From a virus (lineage: Duplodnaviria > Caudoviricetes): a DNA stretch of 59,403 bases. The notes under the pieces are model-generated. The model was given only the letters and a program-made list of their open reading frames with translations. It searched no databases and had not been told where the DNA came from. Position 1 is the first letter of the stretch; the number at the start of each line of letters is the position of its first letter. The stretch covers positions 1-59,403 of IMG/VR virus record IMGVR_UViG_3300028883_000053; one strand, given 5' to 3'. Shown piece by piece: positions 56,158 to 59,403 of the stretch. The translations under genes were made by a program, and so were the position numbers.

Positions 56158-56252
56158 TTTCGGATTACCTTCGTTCGCTTGTGACCCGCCAGATTACGCA
56201 GGGCGGGTCGTCTGCGGTGACCTGTCATCGGTCCGGTCACCCGACTCGTCTT

Positions 56253-56447
56253 CTAGACTGAGTAACCGAAGTCGTGACTGTCGGCCCACTGCATCTCGGA
56301 CTTCCAGAGTGACTTGACCTCTCGGTACAATTCCTTCGGAGTCGGATTCCATTCGGGGTTAGGCTCGAATGGATCGTTACGATACGCATCGAGTAGTTCC
56401 GCCGTGTCGATCCCGAACATCTGCTTGCAATATTCTCGGACTGTCAT
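56253..56447 (-). CDS. Small cassette protein
   Basis: AGGAG RBS; downstream of a class I promoter. Confidence 0.6.
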   Translation of the reverse strand: MTVREYCKQMFGIDTAELLDAYRNDPFEPNPEWNPTPKELYREVKSLWKSEMQWADSHDFGYSV

Positions 56448-56518
56448 GTTGTTCTCCTAGAAGTTTCGGCCTGCTGGCCTCGTCGGAGCGACTAGCTTGT
56501 CGCTGACTTCCCGTTCCT

Positions 56519-56566
56519 ATGATACAAGTGTATCATGATGTGGTGACGATGTCAAGACCCAATTTC
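56519..56566 (-). promoter_or_regulatory. Repeated cassette promoter (class I) with palindrome ATGATACA-AG-TGTATCAT
   Basis: AAATTGGGTC-TTGACA-17-TACACT. Confidence 0.85.
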
Positions 56567-56847
56567 GGCTGATATTTGTTACGCCTCCGTTGATGTGCTT
56601 TGCGGGCTGCATCTGCGCGCAGGTGACAGGGCGCACATAGCGCAGCCACGAAAACGACGGGCGCATCTGGTGCGTGGTTATCAGGGTATAGATGGGCGAC
56701 CGTCAGCGCACGTTTATTGGTGTCAAACGGCTCGCCAGGACGTCTGCAGACCTCCCCGCATTGCTGACAGGTCCAGTCTGCGGCGTCCTTGATCTCGGTC
56801 GCTATGTTCTCCCAATCGACGGGATAGCGCTCGCGCTGCATTGGCAT
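56533..56847 (-). CDS. HNH-like endonuclease
   Basis: RYPVDW..CQQCG..LTVAHL..ALCAPCHL. Confidence 0.7.
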   Translation of the reverse strand: MPMQRERYPVDWENIATEIKDAADWTCQQCGEVCRRPGEPFDTNKRALTVAHLYPDNHAPDAPVVFVAALCAPCHLRADAARKAHQRRRNKYQPKLGLDIVTTS

Positions 56848-56848
56848 G

Positions 56849-57685
56849 TTACGCAGCCAGCGCCAAGTCGTAATACTCGCTGTACAGCTTGGGCAGGTCG
56901 TCCTTTGTGAACGAACCGCCAATCGTCGTCTGGACCATCGCAGACCAAGCCTTGCGCGCAGACCCGATATCCTTCACGTCGTCGACGTACGATACAGCCC
57001 ATTCCTGGGCATCTGACGGAGCCTTCCAGGTCGCTATGATGGCGTCCTTGGCCTCCTGCTGGTCTGCGTTCAGTTTCGGCGTTGTTGGCGTCTGTGGCTG
57101 CTCCTGCGGCGCTTCAGGCTGTGGGTCAGGGTCTACAGCCTCGACGTCATCTAGTGACTGCACGGGCGGTTTCTCGCCGTTGCCGTTCCCGTTGGTCGAC
57201 TGCGCAGCGCCGTTTCCGTACGTACGCTGCACCCACTTCGCCATGCCGTTTCTCAGCTTGGTGACGGTATCGTCTGCGAAGATATCGTTCTTTCCTCGCT
57301 TCTTGGTGATGGCCCACGGAGACGATACGGCGTACAGGTATCGACCGATTCCAAGCTGCGCACAGGCACGCTTGAACGCACGTGCCTCGGCTGACATCAA
57401 ATCGGTGTCAGACGCTGCAGCCTTGCGGGTGACGGTTCTACCGTCTGGCATCATCACAGACAGCGTAGAGATGGCGTTTTTGTTGTCTAGGAATTCGACA
57501 TCTGTGGACCAGCCCATAGGACCGTATACGCTGTCGAGGCGGTCCATGTAGGCGCGTGACTCGGCGTAGGCGAGGGCAAGGCCCATCGTCTTGCCATCCT
57601 TGGTGTATGTCGACCCGACCCGAAACTCGATAACGTCCATGTCAAACGGTTGTGCTAGCGCCTGCATCATCTGCTTGTCGTTCAT
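56849..57685 (-). CDS. Rad52/Rad22-family (Sak-like) single-strand annealing protein
   Basis: LAYAESRAYMDRLDSVYG..W; AFKRACAQLGIGRYLY. Confidence 0.88.
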   Translation of the reverse strand: MNDKQMMQALAQPFDMDVIEFRVGSTYTKDGKTMGLALAYAESRAYMDRLDSVYGPMGWSTDVEFLDNKNAISTLSVMMPDGRTVTRKAAASDTDLMSAEARAFKRACAQLGIGRYLYAVSSPWAITKKRGKNDIFADDTVTKLRNGMAKWVQRTYGNGAAQSTNGNGNGEKPPVQSLDDVEAVDPDPQPEAPQEQPQTPTTPKLNADQQEAKDAIIATWKAPSDAQEWAVSYVDDVKDIGSARKAWSAMVQTTIGGSFTKDDLPKLYSEYYDLALAA

Positions 57686-57743
57686 TTCTGCGTCCTTTCG
57701 CATAGGGTAAATGTAGGGCGACCTCGGTCGCCCTGTATCGTGA

Positions 57744-58070
57744 CTAGAAAAGAATTGGTTCACCGTATGGATCGTGCTCGGGCAGACCTGTATAGTAGTT
57801 AAGCGGCTCGCCGTTTGGACCGTAAGACAGACCGGAATTGTAGTATTCGATCTCGGTCATGTACTTGGTGGGTCGGGTATCGATGCCCTTTGCGTCCTGC
57901 AGCGCACGCTCTGTCTCGGCGTCTGCCTCAGCCTCTAGCGCAGCGCATTCGCCCGTTCTGGCTAGCTTCCAGCCCCTACGTTCTAGCTCGCTTGCGCAGG
58001 ACTCGATTGGTTCGCAGCGCATATATTTGATGTAGCCCTGCATCGATTCTGAAAATTGTGCCTCTGTCAT
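57744..58070 (-). CDS. Hypothetical protein
   Basis: TAGCGAACGAAGGAG RBS; own promoter. Confidence 0.6.
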   Translation of the reverse strand: MTEAQFSESMQGYIKYMRCEPIESCASELERRGWKLARTGECAALEAEADAETERALQDAKGIDTRPTKYMTEIEYYNSGLSYGPNGEPLNYYTGLPEHDPYGEPILF

Positions 58071-58118
58071 GACTGTCTCCTTCGTTCGCTAAAGGGTGGT
58101 TTTGTTTGACTCGAATCG

Positions 58119-58201
58119 AGTGTATCATGATGTAGGCACGATGTCAATACCAACCTGACAGACAATTGAGTATTGACATCGTATTGACGGCGTGTTACCC
58201 T
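58119..58201. promoter_or_regulatory. Back-to-back promoters of the repeated family
   Basis: Minus TTGACA(58147)-17-TACACT; plus TTGACA(58173)-17-TACCCT. Confidence 0.75.
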
Positions 58202-58241
58202 GAAATCACCGACCAAGGGACATAGTAGAAAGGATCAGGTT

Positions 58242-58496
58242 TTGGCAAAGAATCAGCGGGATCGCTGGGTGCAGGTGCGCATGAGCGCAGAGGAAAAGAA
58301 AGACCTGCAGCGACTGGCTACGGACTACGGGATGGATAGTTCAAGCATGATGCGGGCTATGGTGCAGTACTTCAAGGACGTGCGTCCTATCCTGCAGGTA
58401 TCACCGGTGGGAAAAGGATCAGCCCCAGCGCCTTATACGATGCTATCGAGCGCCTTGAGAGCGACGTTGACGAAGCGCTCGGCGGTCACAGCGTAG
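58242..58496 (+). CDS. Ribbon-helix-helix (MobC/CopG-like) protein
   Basis: RDRWVQVRMSAEEKKDLQRLATDYGMDSSSMMR. Confidence 0.7.
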   Translation: MAKNQRDRWVQVRMSAEEKKDLQRLATDYGMDSSSMMRAMVQYFKDVRPILQVSPVGKGSAPAPYTMLSSALRATLTKRSAVTA

Positions 58497-58610
58497 AAAG
58501 CTGACCTGGGGCTATTTAGTGCGGCGGTATAGGCGGTTCGGTTTGCGGGCATACAAACACAAATTCCTGAACGTGTGCTTGTATAGCTGTATACGTCGAG
58601 TAGACGCGTG

Positions 58611-59403
58611 TCACAGGTATTCGATGCTAGACACCTTATTGTCTGCGACGTATACGACGAAGTGCTTCCTGACCCATGCGTTCAGTCGTTTGATGTCTGG
58701 ATTATCCAGCATATCAAGACCAGCAGACGCCACTGTCTCGTATCGGCTGCGGCGTACATTTGGCGTCTCGGCTATTTCTATTTTGTTGCGCAGGTCATCC
58801 AGCCTCTTTGTAGCAGACACTAGCTGGTTTTCTAGGTCACCCATTATTTGCATATATTCATCGTCAGACAGCGTGTTTAGCGTATACGCCTTAACTAAGC
58901 GTATACGCTGTCTTTCTATGCGGTCGGCTATCGACTGCGTTTGTCTCGCCTCGATTTCTATACGGTCTGTTTCGTCGGGCATGCTGTCGACTATCTGATC
59001 GATCATCGCTTCATCGGACAGCGCACGAATAGCGGCTCGCAGGGCTGCGGTCACCCTAGACTCTATTATATGACTCCCTAAACATTTGTTGCTGCAGCGA
59101 TACCCTCGCTCTCCGGTTGCATTCTTACCCATCGCATACAGCGCAGCACCGCATTGATCGCAGTGCAGGACACCGCTATAGGGTATAGGACCTACACGCT
59201 TAGAACTGGCGCGTCGCTCCTTTATTTCTAGCGCCTGCTTTGCGACGTCATCGCTTATGATCGCCTCCCAATTGCCTGGGACACGTATCCTCTCTATTGA
59301 CTGGCCGTGGTTGATGTTCACCTGCGCATAGCCCGCATAGGTCCAGGCGCGACCTAGAACCCTACTAACCGAAGACGCTCCCCATGCGCCTCACCTCGGT
59401 GCA
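58611..59403 (-). CDS. int: Large serine integrase, C-terminal part (zinc ribbon + coiled coil)
   Basis: WEAIIS; SGVLHCDQCG..YRC..C. Confidence 0.9.
59267..59403. repeat. Terminal direct repeat, right copy
   Basis: Matches 1-137 with one mismatch. Confidence 0.95.

Noticed and set aside
58611-59321. Integrase as a truncated 236 aa pseudogene
   Set aside because: The frame continues across the junction to ATG 790, giving about 481 aa when the left-copy allele is used.
1-59403. tRNA/tmRNA genes and stop-codon reassignment
   Set aside because: No cloverleaf was recognised by eye (tRNAscan not run). Core genes are full length and end in TAA, TAG or TGA under the standard code.

Overview
The window reads as one complete, circularly permuted temperate siphophage genome of about 59,266 bp, with bases 1-137 repeated at 59267-59403. 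No host housekeeping genes are visible. Lysogeny and replication genes: a large serine integrase spanning the contig junction, an XRE repressor, primase, an HTH initiator with iterons, DnaB, RusA, SSB, Sak/Rad52 and an exonuclease. It has two DNA methyltransferases with odd fusions. Virion genes: terminase, portal and a MuF-effector, then after a 12 kb early/accessory insert a protease-capsid fusion, two glycosyltransferases, paralogous tail tubes, a frameshifted tail chaperone, tape measure and a ~2000 aa tail fibre. Protein motifs suggest a Chloroflexota host; this is inference from recalled motifs, not a search. The most unusual signals are regulatory. (1) Sixteen related sigma70 promoters carry conserved operator-like palindromes. 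(2) About ten genes share an extended ribosome-binding motif, AGCGA(A)(A/C)CGAA(A)GG. (3) An unannotated promoter-to-hairpin unit at ~33485-33593 (minus strand) would make a ~70 nt RNA complementary to that motif, a candidate multi-target anti-RBS silencing sRNA. Also notable: two effector-less EAD1-like (Death-like) proteins that may be immune decoys, a MuF-kinase-ADP-ribosyltransferase virion protein, a glycoside hydrolase-Dam methylase fusion and a split ParB-methylase with a Cys-cluster insertion. All family calls come from motif recognition by eye; no database searches were run.
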